From NCBI GenBank assembly GCA_039588275.1, contig JBDHAC010000008.1:1-64000 (forward strand): DNA of 64,000 bases. Direction: 5' to 3'. Below are positions 10,197 to 20,708 of the stretch, in pieces. The notes beneath the pieces were generated by a model. That model saw only the letters and a list, made by a program, of their open reading frames with translations. It had not been told where the DNA came from and did not search any database. Positions within the stretch are counted from its first letter, which is position 1. The number at the start of each line of letters is the position of its first letter. The position numbers and the translations under genes are program-made. The DNA comes from Gemmatimonadota bacterium. GTDB taxonomy: Bacteria; Gemmatimonadota; Gemmatimonadetes; Palauibacterales; Palauibacteraceae.

Positions 10197-12035
10197 ATGA
10201 CGGAGACAGCTGCGCCCCGGATCCTCATCTGCTCCCGGCGGCCTGACCTCGTTGCCGAAGTCACGGGGTTCGCCGAGAGCCTCGACCCGCCGCCCGAGGT
10301 GCTACACACAGCGAACCCTCCCCCCGATCACCCGCCCTGCCTGGCTATCATCGACATTGCGGATCCGACGATCTCACCTGTGCACCTCCAGACCTGCCTC
10401 GGCCCCCAGATCCGAACCGTCGCGCTCATCGAGAGCGCATGGGTGGATCGGTTGGGCAGGGCCCTGAGTGGAGAGTGGTTCGACTATCTGTTCTTCCCGA
10501 TCAATCGATCCGAGCTCGGACTCGTTTGGCGCCGTCACCTGGCCGATGTCGAGGAGCCGAGCCTCGATCTGGACGTACGCGCGGACGGCACGATCCGACT
10601 CATCTGTCCATCTCGCGTGGTGTACCAACGACCTGCTGTAGAGCGAGTCGTCGAAGCCTGTCGCCACCTCGGCGGACTGGACGCCGACGCCGCGTTTCGT
10701 CTTCAGGTCGCGATGGGCGAAGCGGTCGCCAACGCCATCCTGTACGGGAACGGGGAGGACCCGAGCCGGTTCGTCACGATCGAAGCCGAGGCACGCCCGG
10801 AGTTCGTGAAGGTTCGGGTGGCGGATGAGGGCACCGGGTTCGATCCGGGCTCGATTCCGGATCCCACCGGGACGCAGGGCGTTCAGCGGAGCAGGGGGCG
10901 CGGCTTGTTCCTGCTCCGGAGCCTGATGGACGAGGTAAGCTTTAACGAGATCGGCAACCAGGTCACGCTCGTCCTGCGAGCCACGGCGGACTTCGCCCGC
11001 AGGCTGGGGCCCCTGATGGGGGCGTATGAGCGGCTGACCGGCCTCGAATTCCGACTTATCCATCGGGAGGACGACGGAACCGAGGAACTATACGCTTCAG
11101 CGGCCTTGCAGAGCGAAGCGGTCCCCGGCAGCCGGACGCGAAGCCGTCTGCAACCCATCCCCGAGCAGGGCACCCTGGAGCTCCACTACGTACCGGGTGA
11201 CCCCGGGAGAGAGGCGGCCGGCACACCGGACCGGGACAGCGCCGCCAGGTTCCTGCTCTCATGGGTGACCGAGGTTCTGGCCGCGGACGCCTCGCGCGAG
11301 GATACGCAGGAGAAGCGGCTCAACCGGCAGCGGGTGCTCGCCGAGCTGGAGGTCGCCCGAGATCTGCAGTTGCGCCTTCTCCCCGAAGTCGTGGGGTTCT
11401 CGGATCTCGCCGAGATCGCCGCGAGGTGCGAGCCGGCGCTCTCCCTGGGAGGCGACTTCTACTATCTGACCCGCGTCGGGACCGATCGACTGGGCGTAAT
11501 GCTCGGCGACGTCAGTTCTCACGGCCCTTCCGCCGCCCTGATCATGGCCCTCACGCTGAGCGCTGCGGCAGTGGTTACCGGCCAGCACGAGGAGCCCGGC
11601 GACGTGCTGATCCAGATGCAGCGACAGCTCCTGGCCACGCTCGAATCGACCGAGATGTACATGACGTTGTTCTACGGCGTGCTCGATCGCCGGAACGGCC
11701 GCCTGCGGTATGCCAACGCCGGACACGGCTTCGCCTTCCGGGTCGGCGGCGAGGGCCTGACCCGGCTCGAGGCCCTGGACCCACCGATCGGCATGACCGC
11801 ACCGGAACGTTATCTCGAGACCGAGGTGGACTGGGTGATCGGGATGGATACCCTGCTTCTGTTCACCGACGGCCTGGCAGAAGGACTCGACGATCCTACG
11901 ATCGGACCACGGGAGAGACTGGCCCCGCTCGTGGGGCGGGGCGCCACGGGCCCCGCGGATCTGGTGAACGCGCTGTTCGGAGACCGGGAGCCCACGCCGG
12001 CGGATGACCGCACGGCGGTCGCGGTGCGCCTGTGA
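10197..12035 (+). CDS. Fused receiver-like / RsbW-type HATPase / SpoIIE PP2C phosphatase
   Basis: HATPase boxes EAVANA, ADEGTGFD, GRGLFL; PP2C motifs GGDFY, GDVSSHG, NAGH, FTDG, DDRT; degenerate REC-like N-terminus. Confidence 0.88.
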   Translation: MTETAAPRILICSRRPDLVAEVTGFAESLDPPPEVLHTANPPPDHPPCLAIIDIADPTISPVHLQTCLGPQIRTVALIESAWVDRLGRALSGEWFDYLFFPINRSELGLVWRRHLADVEEPSLDLDVRADGTIRLICPSRVVYQRPAVERVVEACRHLGGLDADAAFRLQVAMGEAVANAILYGNGEDPSRFVTIEAEARPEFVKVRVADEGTGFDPGSIPDPTGTQGVQRSRGRGLFLLRSLMDEVSFNEIGNQVTLVLRATADFARRLGPLMGAYERLTGLEFRLIHREDDGTEELYASAALQSEAVPGSRTRSRLQPIPEQGTLELHYVPGDPGREAAGTPDRDSAARFLLSWVTEVLAADASREDTQEKRLNRQRVLAELEVARDLQLRLLPEVVGFSDLAEIAARCEPALSLGGDFYYLTRVGTDRLGVMLGDVSSHGPSAALIMALTLSAAAVVTGQHEEPGDVLIQMQRQLLATLESTEMYMTLFYGVLDRRNGRLRYANAGHGFAFRVGGEGLTRLEALDPPIGMTAPERYLETEVDWVIGMDTLLLFTDGLAEGLDDPTIGPRERLAPLVGRGATGPADLVNALFGDREPTPADDRTAVAVRL

Positions 12036-12901
12036 GCGACCGGCCGAAGAGTCGCTCCGGTCGTGAGCGGCGACCGACCGGCTACGCGAAACGGTCTCTG
12101 TCGCAGAACTTCCTGCTCGATCCGAATTTGCAGAGGAAGACCGTCTCCGAGCTCGGGGCAGGCCCGGATGATACGGTTCTGGAAATCGGCCCCGGACACG
12201 GAGAATTGACCCAACACCTGATCGGGCGGGTGGGCAGCATCGTGGTGGTGGAAAAAGACGACGCGCTCGCCCGAGAGCTGACGGAGAGGTGGAAGGACCG
12301 GACGGAGCTCCTCGTACACTCGGGGGACGCCCTCGAGATACCGCTCGCCGATCTCGCGGATCCCGCGCGACCGCTCCGCATCCTCTCTAATGTACCCTAC
12401 GGCATCACCTCACCTCTGCTGTTCGCCACCCTGGCCATCCGTCCGCCAGCGGCTCGCATCGTAGTGACTGTTCAGAAGGAGGTCGCGGAGCGCATCGTCG
12501 CGCCTCCCGGAACGCGCGCGTACGGGGCGCTGTCGGTCGGGGTTCAAGCCATCGCGGACGCCCGGATCGCGTTTCGCGTCGCCCGGACGGCGTTTCGTCC
12601 GGTTCCCGAGGTCGACTCGGCGGTTGTCCGGATCGAACCGGACCCGCGCCGGTCTGAGGAGGTGGATACCGAGAGCCTCAGGGCGCTCACGCGGATCACC
12701 TTCGGTCGTCGCCGCAAACAGCTGCAGAAGATCCTCCGCTCCAGTCCCGACCTGCAGCTAGGGGCCCCTGAGGTGGCCGAGGTGTGCGAGACCCTCGGAA
12801 TCGACCCTCGCAGCCGGCCGGAGCAGCTGCAGCCCGCCACGTTCGTGCGCCTGGCCGAGATTCTGTTCACGCCCCGCGAGTCAGGGGAGCGGCTTTGTTG
12901 A
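12032..12901 (+). CDS. rsmA: 16S rRNA adenine dimethyltransferase KsgA
   Basis: KRSLSQNFL, EIGPGHG, SNVPYGIT, QKEVAERI, FRPVPEVDS. Confidence 0.96.
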   Translation: MSDRPKSRSGRERRPTGYAKRSLSQNFLLDPNLQRKTVSELGAGPDDTVLEIGPGHGELTQHLIGRVGSIVVVEKDDALARELTERWKDRTELLVHSGDALEIPLADLADPARPLRILSNVPYGITSPLLFATLAIRPPAARIVVTVQKEVAERIVAPPGTRAYGALSVGVQAIADARIAFRVARTAFRPVPEVDSAVVRIEPDPRRSEEVDTESLRALTRITFGRRRKQLQKILRSSPDLQLGAPEVAEVCETLGIDPRSRPEQLQPATFVRLAEILFTPRESGERLC

Positions 12902-12926
12902 GATGACCGGCGGCCGTGGCTATCTT
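12898..12926 (+). promoter_or_regulatory. Putative sigma70 promoter of rex
   Basis: TTGAGA-N17-TATCTT directly upstream of the Rex box. Confidence 0.6.
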
Positions 12927-12929
12927 CGC

Positions 12930-12947
12930 TTGTGAAATGATTCACAA
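12930..12947. promoter_or_regulatory. Rex operator
   Basis: TTGTGAA-ATGA-TTCACAA, an exact match to the Rex consensus TTGTGAAnnnnTTCACAA, 9 bp before the rex ATG. Confidence 0.92.
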
Positions 12948-12956
12948 GCTAGTCAG

Positions 12957-13613
12957 ATGACGCGGCCACGCATCTCCGACTCCGCCGTTCGTCGCCTGGC
13001 CCTCTACCTGCGGCTTCTCCGAGAGCTGCGGGGCCAGGGTGTGGAGCTGGTCTCGAGTCGGGAGCTGGCGGAGCGTAGCGGCGCGACTTCGGCCCAGGTC
13101 CGGAAAGACCTCAGCCTGTTCGGCTCGTTCGGCAAGCGGGGGCGGGGGTACGCCGTCGATGCGCTCGCCCACACGCTCGAGAACATCCTCGGCCTCGGCC
13201 AATCCTGGCGTGTGTGTCTGGTCGGGGTCGGCAAGATCGGCACCGCGCTCCTCGGGTACCGCGATTTGGCACACCGGGGCTTCCACGTCGTCGCCGCGTT
13301 CGACACCGAGCCGAAGGTGGTGGGGACGGAGGTGTTCGGGATCCGCGTTCGTCCGTTGTCGGAGCTCCCGCACGTGGTGCAGCAGGACGGGGTCGAGATC
13401 GGGATCATCGCGACGCCCCCCGAGTCGGCGCAGGAGGTCGCACGGTGCTTGGCGGAGGCTGGCATCGGGGCGATCCTGAACTTCGCGCCGGTCGAGCTCA
13501 CGGCAACCGATCACGTACCGGTCCGTACGATGGATGTCGTCCTTGAGCTCGAAGGGTTGAGTTACCTTCTCGCCACGGCGTCGCGGGGAGATCAGGGAAC
13601 CACGGCGTCCTAG
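12957..13613 (+). CDS. rex: Redox-sensing transcriptional repressor Rex
   Basis: RRLALYLR, SAQVRKDLSLFGSFGKRGRGY, Rossmann VGVGKIG, ILNFAP. Confidence 0.97.
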   Translation: MTRPRISDSAVRRLALYLRLLRELRGQGVELVSSRELAERSGATSAQVRKDLSLFGSFGKRGRGYAVDALAHTLENILGLGQSWRVCLVGVGKIGTALLGYRDLAHRGFHVVAAFDTEPKVVGTEVFGIRVRPLSELPHVVQQDGVEIGIIATPPESAQEVARCLAEAGIGAILNFAPVELTATDHVPVRTMDVVLELEGLSYLLATASRGDQGTTAS

Positions 13614-13628
13614 GTCAGGGAGGGGGGG

Positions 13629-14054
13629 ATGGGTTCGTACTTTGCGGGTCCGACCCGACTGCCGGTCGTTCACCTCACGAGGGGTAGAGATTCGGTGCGG
13701 GAGATGCCGAGCCTGTACCCGGCGCTGGAGGAAGTGGACCTTCGACTGTCTCCGATCCCGTGCGGTGGTCTCAATCCGACTCAGCAGGAACGAGAGCAGT
13801 GGGGGAGCGGCTGTAACATGTTCGCGGTCGGACCGGGGCAGCTGCTGGCGTACGGGCGGAACGAGCACACGCTCGAAGCGGCGGAGCGGGAGGGGGGCTT
13901 CAAGGTCGTCGAGGCAGTGGACTTCCTGACCGGGGACGAGCCCCTCCGGGACGATGACCGATTCGTCATCGCCTTCCGGGGCGCCGAGCTGGTCCGAGGG
14001 GGTGGCGGACCCCGGTGCATGACGCTACCCGTGCTTCGAGACGGCGTCTCGTGA
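13629..14054 (+). pseudogene. arcA: C-terminal fragment (141 aa) of an arginine deiminase
   Basis: EREQWGSGCNMFAVGPG...YGRN and ELVRGGGGPRCMTLPVLRD match the ADI C-terminus; no room for the N-terminal two-thirds. Confidence 0.8.
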
Positions 14055-14944
14055 CCGGCGCGACACCTCACACGACGCCCGGGATCAGATTCGGGCATGC
14101 AGCCCGTCTAGTGGACGAGGCGGTGGCTCTGCTCGAAAGTGAGCCCCGCTCCTCCGAGCTCCTGGCACAGAAGGTCCTCGGAGTCGCCGCGGGGCCGAGC
14201 GAGCTCGCTTCCGAGCTCGTGCGGACGCTGTTTCGTGATCACCCGGGAATCCGACAGCGCGACGGCCTTTGGTACCTGGAGGATGCGCTTGCCGCGGCAC
14301 CGGTTCCTATCGAAGCGGTTCCGTTCACGGTCGTGGATGTCGAGACCACTGGCGGGCTCGCCGAGCGCGGCGGGAAGATCGTGGAGATCGCGGCGGTCCG
14401 AGTCCAGGGCGGAGAGTTGATCGATTCCTTCGCGAGCCTCGTCGATCCGGGCGTCCGGATCACTCCGTGGGTCGTCCGACTCACCGGGATCGCCGACAGG
14501 ATGGTGCAGGGGGCCCCTCGCTTCGACGAGATCTGCGACGAGCTACGCGAGCGCCTCGAAGGACGGGTTTTCGTGGCTCACAACGTCTCCTACGATTGGC
14601 GGTTCCTCGGGGCTGAGATGCGGCGCGCGCGCTCGGTGCTGCCCCGCGGTCCGCGGCTGTGCACGATGCAGCTGGCCCGCAGGCTCATCCCCGGGCTGGC
14701 ACGCAGGGGCCTCGACGCGCTGGCCGACTACTACGGCATCGAGATCGTGGAACGGCACAGGGCACGCGGCGATGCGATCGCGACGTCGCGGATCCTGATT
14801 CAGTTGCTCGCAGAGGCGGATCGCCGCGGGCTTTCGACGTGGCCAGCCCTCCGCGCGTGGCTCTCCCGACCTCAGAACGCCAAGTCCGGCAAGGATGATG
14901 GCGATACGGGCGTCCTGCCCGGTGAGTGGAACCTGCCATGCTGA
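14051..14944 (+). CDS. DEDDh 3'-5' exonuclease (DnaQ/PolC-like)
   Basis: VDVETTG, AHNVSYD, HRARGDA. Confidence 0.9.
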   Translation: MTGATPHTTPGIRFGHAARLVDEAVALLESEPRSSELLAQKVLGVAAGPSELASELVRTLFRDHPGIRQRDGLWYLEDALAAAPVPIEAVPFTVVDVETTGGLAERGGKIVEIAAVRVQGGELIDSFASLVDPGVRITPWVVRLTGIADRMVQGAPRFDEICDELRERLEGRVFVAHNVSYDWRFLGAEMRRARSVLPRGPRLCTMQLARRLIPGLARRGLDALADYYGIEIVERHRARGDAIATSRILIQLLAEADRRGLSTWPALRAWLSRPQNAKSGKDDGDTGVLPGEWNLPC

Positions 14945-15822
14945 TCGGAGAAGGGAACGGGATTCGGGTCTTCGCCGTCGATGGAGGTCGTCTCCGTCTG
15001 GACGGAGGTGCCATGTTCGGCGTCGTGCCGAAAACGCTGTGGAGCCGTCGAATCGAGCCGGACGAGCGGAACCGCATACCCCTGGCGATGCGATGCCTGC
15101 TCCTCGACACGCCCGACGGCTGGGTCCTCGTCGATAGCGGCGTCGGGAAGGTGGACGACGACAAGTTTCGCGACATCTACGCCATCGAGAACACAGGTAC
15201 GCCCACGAGACTCGAGGATTCGCTCCGCGAGCTCGGAGTGGAGCCGGGCGACATCGCGTGCGTGGTCAGCACCCACCTGCACTTCGACCACGCGGGAGGG
15301 AACACCGTACGTCGGGACGATGGGGAGATCGTGCCCGCGTTTCCGGCCGCGCGTTACCTCATTCGAGCCGGAGAGTGGGAGGCGGCGCATTCGGACAATC
15401 GACGGATCCGTGCATCGTATCTTCCCGCCAACTTCGACCCGCTGGCCAAACACGCCGCGGTCGACTTCGTGAGCGAGGATGTAGAGGCCGTCCCCGGAGT
15501 GAGGTTGGTCAGGATGTCGGGACACACGGCGCACCATCAGGGTGTCCTGGTGGATCTCGGGCGCGAGACCGTGTGTTACCTTGCCGACCTCGTGCCGACG
15601 TCCGCGCACGTGCGCTTGCCGTGGATCATGGCGTACGACCTCGAGCCGCTGGTCACGTTGGCGGAGAAGGAACGTATCCTGACCCGCGCCGGTGAGGAGG
15701 GTTGGCGATTGGTGTTCGAGCACGATCCCGTGGTGGCCAGTGCCCGCGCCGTCCCAGCCGAAGGCGGCGTCGGCTGCCGGCTCGAGGAGATCGTGGAACA
15801 GCCCCTGGCGGCTGTGGATTAG
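14938..15822 (+). CDS. MBL-fold metallohydrolase (YtnP-like)
   Basis: LDGGAMFGVVPKTLW, THLHFDHAGG, GHT, FEHD. Confidence 0.92.
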   Translation: MLIGEGNGIRVFAVDGGRLRLDGGAMFGVVPKTLWSRRIEPDERNRIPLAMRCLLLDTPDGWVLVDSGVGKVDDDKFRDIYAIENTGTPTRLEDSLRELGVEPGDIACVVSTHLHFDHAGGNTVRRDDGEIVPAFPAARYLIRAGEWEAAHSDNRRIRASYLPANFDPLAKHAAVDFVSEDVEAVPGVRLVRMSGHTAHHQGVLVDLGRETVCYLADLVPTSAHVRLPWIMAYDLEPLVTLAEKERILTRAGEEGWRLVFEHDPVVASARAVPAEGGVGCRLEEIVEQPLAAVD

Positions 15823-15918
15823 GGCCGCTGCCAGGCTGGGGAAGGAAACACAGGGGGGGAGTGAGGCGGAACCCGGAATCTCGTAATCGAGAATGCACAT
15901 AGAAGAAGGGAAGCGAAG

Positions 15919-17130
15919 ATGAGCGACAAAGAGCGCACACCCGTGATCGTGGCGGCGGCCAGGTTGCCGACCGGCCGCTTCTTGGGCGGACTGGCATCGC
16001 TGTCGGCTCCCGAGTTGGGGGCTCGCGCGATCTCCGCTGCATTGGATCGGGCCGGCGTGGCCGGCGAGGATATCGACGACGTCATCATGGGGAACGTGGT
16101 GCAGGCGGGCGTTGGCCAGGCACCGGCCCGCCAGGCCGCGATACAGGGAGGCGTACCCGAGACGGTGCCGGCGCTCACCATCAACAAGGTGTGCGGATCG
16201 GGCCTCAAGGCCGTCATGCTTGGGGCACAGGCCATCCGAGCCGGGGACAGCCAGGTCATCGTCGCGGGCGGCATGGAGTCGATGTCGAACGTGCCATACC
16301 TCCTGCGCGGATATCGAGACGGCGTGAAGTTCGGAGACCGTCAAGTCGTCGACGGCCTGATCCATGATGGATTGTGGTGCTCGTTCGGTGAGTGCCACAT
16401 GGGCGGCCACGCAGAGTACACGGCGCACGTCGCCGGCATCGGACGGGAGGAGCAGGACCAGTTCGCGCTCGAGAGCCACCAGAAGGCGATCCGAGCGATA
16501 GACGCGGGCGAGTTCGCCACAGAGATCGTGCCCGTCGAGATCCGAACCAGGAAGGGGACCCAAGTCATCGAGGTGGATGAACCGCCCCGCCGCGACACGA
16601 CCCTGGAAGCGCTCGGGCGTCTGAGACCCGCCTTCACCTCGGATGCCCCACCTGAGGTCACGGAGCCATCGGTGACTGCCGGGAACGCGCCAGGGCTCAA
16701 TGACGGCGCGGCGGCGACCGTGGTCACGTCTGAAGCGTTCGCGGCGGGGAACGGGCTGGACATCCTCGCGCGAATCTCGGCATATTCCGTCGGCGCCACA
16801 GCACCACGCGACCTCTTTTTCGCGCCCGTCGTCGCCGTTCGGCAGCTAATGGAGAAAGAGGGCACATCGGCCGGTGACTACGGGCTGTACGAGATGAACG
16901 AGGCCTTCGCCGTCCAAGCTCTGGCCGATGCGCGCGAGCTGGGCGTCGAGCCCGAGCGGATCAACGTGCGTGGCGGAGCGATCGCGCTCGGCCACCCGAT
17001 CGGCGCCTCTGGGGCTCGCATCCTGACCACGCTGTTGCATGCAATGCACGACCGGGACGTCGAAAAGGGGCTGGCCACGTTGTGTCTCGGTGGAGGCAAC
17101 GCGGTGGCCATGAGCGTTGAGCGAGTGTGA
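15919..17130 (+). CDS. Acetyl-CoA C-acetyltransferase (thiolase)
   Basis: [32 protein letters not shown]. Confidence 0.96.
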   Translation: MSDKERTPVIVAAARLPTGRFLGGLASLSAPELGARAISAALDRAGVAGEDIDDVIMGNVVQAGVGQAPARQAAIQGGVPETVPALTINKVCGSGLKAVMLGAQAIRAGDSQVIVAGGMESMSNVPYLLRGYRDGVKFGDRQVVDGLIHDGLWCSFGECHMGGHAEYTAHVAGIGREEQDQFALESHQKAIRAIDAGEFATEIVPVEIRTRKGTQVIEVDEPPRRDTTLEALGRLRPAFTSDAPPEVTEPSVTAGNAPGLNDGAAATVVTSEAFAAGNGLDILARISAYSVGATAPRDLFFAPVVAVRQLMEKEGTSAGDYGLYEMNEAFAVQALADARELGVEPERINVRGGAIALGHPIGASGARILTTLLHAMHDRDVEKGLATLCLGGGNAVAMSVERV

Positions 17131-17134
17131 CCAC

Positions 17135-17713
17135 ATGACGATCGATTCCGGAGAGTCCGCCTCTTACGAGGCCGGACGAGTAGCGCGGGTCTCGCGAACA
17201 GAACGGCGAGTTGTCGCGGTTGTCGCGTGCGCGGCGCTGACCGCCGTCGCGGCCCGCATCGCGGTGCCGCTGCCGGGCACGGCGGTCCCGTTCACGCTGC
17301 AAGTCGTGGCCGTGATGCTGTCGGGAATCGCCCTCGGCCCGAGCCTCGGCGCCGGAAGCCAACTCCTGTACCTGGGAGCCGGTCTCGCGGGCGCCCCCGT
17401 GTTCTTCGCCGGAGGGGGGGCGGCGTATCTGCTCGGGCCCACGGGTGGGTATCTGATCGCCTTCCCACTGGCGGCGGCGGTTACCGGTTTCTTCGCGTGG
17501 CGCGTCTCCGGTGTCGCCTGGATGACGATAGGGTGCGCCCTCGCCGTGCTCACGGTCCACCTGGGCGGTGTCAGCTGGATCGCGATCACGCTCGGCCGTG
17601 ACGCGGCGGTGGGGGCGTTTGAACCGTTCCTCGCAGGCGACGTGCTCAAGATCGCGCTCGTCCTGCTCATCGGATCGCGTTTACGAAACTGGAGCAAGCG
17701 GCTGCTTGGATGA
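17135..17713 (+). CDS. bioY: Biotin transporter BioY
   Basis: [38 protein letters not shown]. Confidence 0.93.
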   Translation: MTIDSGESASYEAGRVARVSRTERRVVAVVACAALTAVAARIAVPLPGTAVPFTLQVVAVMLSGIALGPSLGAGSQLLYLGAGLAGAPVFFAGGGAAYLLGPTGGYLIAFPLAAAVTGFFAWRVSGVAWMTIGCALAVLTVHLGGVSWIAITLGRDAAVGAFEPFLAGDVLKIALVLLIGSRLRNWSKRLLG

Positions 17714-18600
17714 CGGCATCGGAGCGGCGCGTCGAGGGGGCGCCCGCTCTGGGACTCGGGTGGGGGTGGCGCATCACGATCTTCGTCCTCCTCTTCCTGC
17801 TACTCGCGCTCGTCCTTACGCAACTTGCCGTTCTCCTCGGCGCTCCACTTGCACCCACCCTCACGCCGTGGAGCGTAACGCCCATGCTCCTGGCGGCCCT
17901 CGGCGCCAGCTGGATCGCAATGCGTCGCGTCGAGGGATTCCCGCTCCGCGCGCTCGGTCTTCCACTCGCTTCAGGCGCAGCCAGGCAGTTCGTCGGTGGC
18001 ACCGCCCTAGGCGTGTGCCTGATCGGCGGCGTGGTCCTGTCGTTCATCCTGTTGGGCTGGCTGCGGTGGGTACCGGCGGGTGGTGGGTGGCCGGTCGCGG
18101 CTTGGGTCGGGTTGGCCGCCGTGCTGACGGCGGCGGCGTTCACGGAAGAGTTGCTCTTCCGAGGGTACGCGTTTCGACTGTTGGCTGGACGGTACGGCGG
18201 GAGCGTCGCGATCGCGGTGACCGCACCGGTGTTCGCTGCGTTGCACCTGGCGAATCCGAACGCGGCCCTGCTCCCGATCCTGAACATCTGCCTCGCGGGG
18301 GTGCTGCTGGGGCTCGCCTATTGGCGGACCCTCAGCCTGTGGTATGCGACCGGCGTGCACTTCGGGTGGAACGTAACCATGGGGTTCGCAGACCTGTCGG
18401 TGAGCGGGCTGGATATGGGGATTCCCACCTACGATCCGGCGCTAACGGGCCCGGCGCTGTGGACGGGCGGACGTTTCGGACCCGAGGGGGGATTGTGTGT
18501 GACCTTGGCTGCCGCGGCAGGGATCCTGTGGCTGTGGCGAACGAAACGATTGACGAGAAGCTTGGATACAACAGGCTGGCTGACCGAATTCCAGCCATGA
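17710..18600 (+). CDS. CPBP/CAAX family intramembrane metalloprotease
   Basis: [24 protein letters not shown]; multiple transmembrane segments. Confidence 0.92.
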   Translation: MTASERRVEGAPALGLGWGWRITIFVLLFLLLALVLTQLAVLLGAPLAPTLTPWSVTPMLLAALGASWIAMRRVEGFPLRALGLPLASGAARQFVGGTALGVCLIGGVVLSFILLGWLRWVPAGGGWPVAAWVGLAAVLTAAAFTEELLFRGYAFRLLAGRYGGSVAIAVTAPVFAALHLANPNAALLPILNICLAGVLLGLAYWRTLSLWYATGVHFGWNVTMGFADLSVSGLDMGIPTYDPALTGPALWTGGRFGPEGGLCVTLAAAAGILWLWRTKRLTRSLDTTGWLTEFQP

Positions 18601-18610
18601 GAGGTGCCTT

Positions 18611-19480
18611 GTGATCGACTCGGATGCCGTCGGGAAGGTCGGCGTTATCGGAGCGGGCACGATGGGCAACGGGATCGCTCACGTGTTCGCGCTCGCCGAT
18701 ATGGAGGTCCAACTCGTAGACATAGACGGCGATGCGCTGGACCATGCAACTGCAACCATCGAAAAAAACCTGGGACGACAGCAAAAGAAGGGGATCGTGA
18801 GCGACGCGGAGGCGAAAGAAGCGCTCACCCGCTTGAGCACATCGACCGATCTCGCTTCGATCGGGGCGGCCCAGGTCGTGATCGAAGCCGCCACCGAGCA
18901 TCCAGAGCTCAAGTTCGAACTCTTCGAGCGTGTGAGCGGTATGGTGGACGACGAAGCCCTCATCGCGTCCAACACCAGCTCGATCTCGATCACCGAGATC
19001 GCCGCCCATGCCGCCGCTCCGGAGCGGGTCATCGGGATGCACTTCATGAACCCGGTTCCCATGATGCAGCTGGTCGAGGTGATCCGCGGATTGGAGACGA
19101 GCGACTCCACCGCGGAGCTGACCGTGGGCTTGTGCGAGCGGGTCGGGAAGACGCCCGTCCTGGTGAACGATTATCCGGGCTTCGTATCGAACCGCATCCT
19201 GATGCCGATGATCAACGAGGCGGTTTACTGCCTGATGGAAGATGTCGCCGGGCCCGACGCTATCGATACCGTGATGAAGCTCGGGATGAATCACCCCATG
19301 GGCCCGCTCGCGCTGGCGGATCTGATCGGGTTGGACACGTGCCTGGCGATCTGCGAGGTGCTCCACCGGGATTTGGGAGACGACAAGTACCGGCCGTGTC
19401 CCCTCCTGCGAAAGTACGTCGCCGCCGGCCGCCTCGGACGAAAATCGGGCCGGGGCTTCTACGACTACGAGAACGCATGA
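18611..19480 (+). CDS. hbd: 3-hydroxybutyryl-CoA dehydrogenase
   Basis: [51 protein letters not shown]. Confidence 0.95.
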   Translation: MIDSDAVGKVGVIGAGTMGNGIAHVFALADMEVQLVDIDGDALDHATATIEKNLGRQQKKGIVSDAEAKEALTRLSTSTDLASIGAAQVVIEAATEHPELKFELFERVSGMVDDEALIASNTSSISITEIAAHAAAPERVIGMHFMNPVPMMQLVEVIRGLETSDSTAELTVGLCERVGKTPVLVNDYPGFVSNRILMPMINEAVYCLMEDVAGPDAIDTVMKLGMNHPMGPLALADLIGLDTCLAICEVLHRDLGDDKYRPCPLLRKYVAAGRLGRKSGRGFYDYENA

Positions 19481-20667
19481 GCCGTCGCAGCTTCACCGGA
19501 CTGGACCTCGCTGAAGAGCAGCTCCTGATCCTTCAGCTGGCTCGCGACTTCGCGGAGGAGCGACTACGGCCGACGGCCGAGGGGCGCGACGTGAACGAGC
19601 ACAGCTTCGATACGGACGTGCACCGCGAGCTGGGGGAGCTGGGGTTCCTGGGCATGCTCGTGCCCGAGGAGTACGACGGGCTCGGGTTGGACCTTCTGAC
19701 GTACCTGTATGTCCTCGAGGAGCTCGCCTGGGGAGACCCGAGCGTCGCCGTTTCGGTCAGCGTCCACAACTCGCTCCCGGTGTCGGTCCTGGCACGCCAT
19801 GGCACCGAGGAGCAGCGTGAGCGCTGGCTTCGCCCCATGGGTCGAGGCGAGATGCTGGGCGCTTTCTCGCTCTCGGAGGCCAACGCGGGGACCGACGCGG
19901 CAAACCTCCAGGCCCAGGCGGTGCGAGAAGGTGATGAGTGGGTGCTGAACGGTTCAAAGCTGTGGGTGACGAACGGGGCTTCCGCAGATCTCGTGCTGAC
20001 CTTCGTACGGACCGACACGCCCGAGGACCGGCGTGGCGGCAGGGGCATCGGAGGTTTCTTCATCCCGCAGGAGACGCCGGGATTCAATCCCGGCAAGAAA
20101 GAGCGGAAGATGGGGCTGCGCGGGTCGGAGACGGTCGAGATCTCGCTGGACGATGTGCGCCTGGGGGACGAATATCTGATCGGGGATCCGGGCTCCGGGC
20201 TCGGCTACGCCCTCGGCTCGCTCGAGGGTGGCCGGCTGGGGATCGCGGCGCAGGCGGTCGGAATCGGGGCCGCGGCGCTCGAGCACGGGCTCGACTACGC
20301 GTCCGAGCGCTCGCAGTTCGGGAGCGCGCTCAAGGGTTTCCAGGGGATGCAGTTCAAGCTTGCCGACATGTCCCTCCGGCTGGAAGCCGCCCGTGCCCTG
20401 TTGGAGCGCGCAGCGCTCGCCTGCATGGTGGATGACCCACGCCACCAGCGCCTGTCCAGCTGCGCGAAGCTGTATGCAAGTGAGATGGCCATGCACGTGA
20501 CCCGGGAGGCGGTCCAGATCTTCGGCGGTTACGGCTACGCACGCGAGTACCCCGTCGAACGCCTGTTCCGAGACGCGAAAGTGACCGAAATTTACGAAGG
20601 AGTGAGCGAGATCCACCGCGTGATCATCGCTCAGCAACTATACAGAGAAAGGGGCGAGAAACCTTGA
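19477..20667 (+). CDS. Acyl-CoA dehydrogenase (short/branched chain)
   Basis: [44 protein letters not shown] overlaps the hbd stop. Confidence 0.95.
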   Translation: MSRRSFTGLDLAEEQLLILQLARDFAEERLRPTAEGRDVNEHSFDTDVHRELGELGFLGMLVPEEYDGLGLDLLTYLYVLEELAWGDPSVAVSVSVHNSLPVSVLARHGTEEQRERWLRPMGRGEMLGAFSLSEANAGTDAANLQAQAVREGDEWVLNGSKLWVTNGASADLVLTFVRTDTPEDRRGGRGIGGFFIPQETPGFNPGKKERKMGLRGSETVEISLDDVRLGDEYLIGDPGSGLGYALGSLEGGRLGIAAQAVGIGAAALEHGLDYASERSQFGSALKGFQGMQFKLADMSLRLEAARALLERAALACMVDDPRHQRLSSCAKLYASEMAMHVTREAVQIFGGYGYAREYPVERLFRDAKVTEIYEGVSEIHRVIIAQQLYRERGEKP

Positions 20668-20708
20668 TACAACCGGACATAGAGGTTGTCGACGCGTTCG
20701 CCGAAGAG

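Noticed and set aside
14872..16563. Long antisense ORFs (also 23886-25667, 27570-28784, 34673-36361, 52429-54471)
   Set aside because: Shadow frames of well-supported genes; stop codons are scarce in high-GC DNA and the translations have no recognisable motifs
18604..20667. 687-aa ORF suggesting an N-terminally extended acyl-CoA dehydrogenase
   Set aside because: The first ~290 codons are an alternative frame over hbd; the real start is ATG 19477, overlapping the hbd stop
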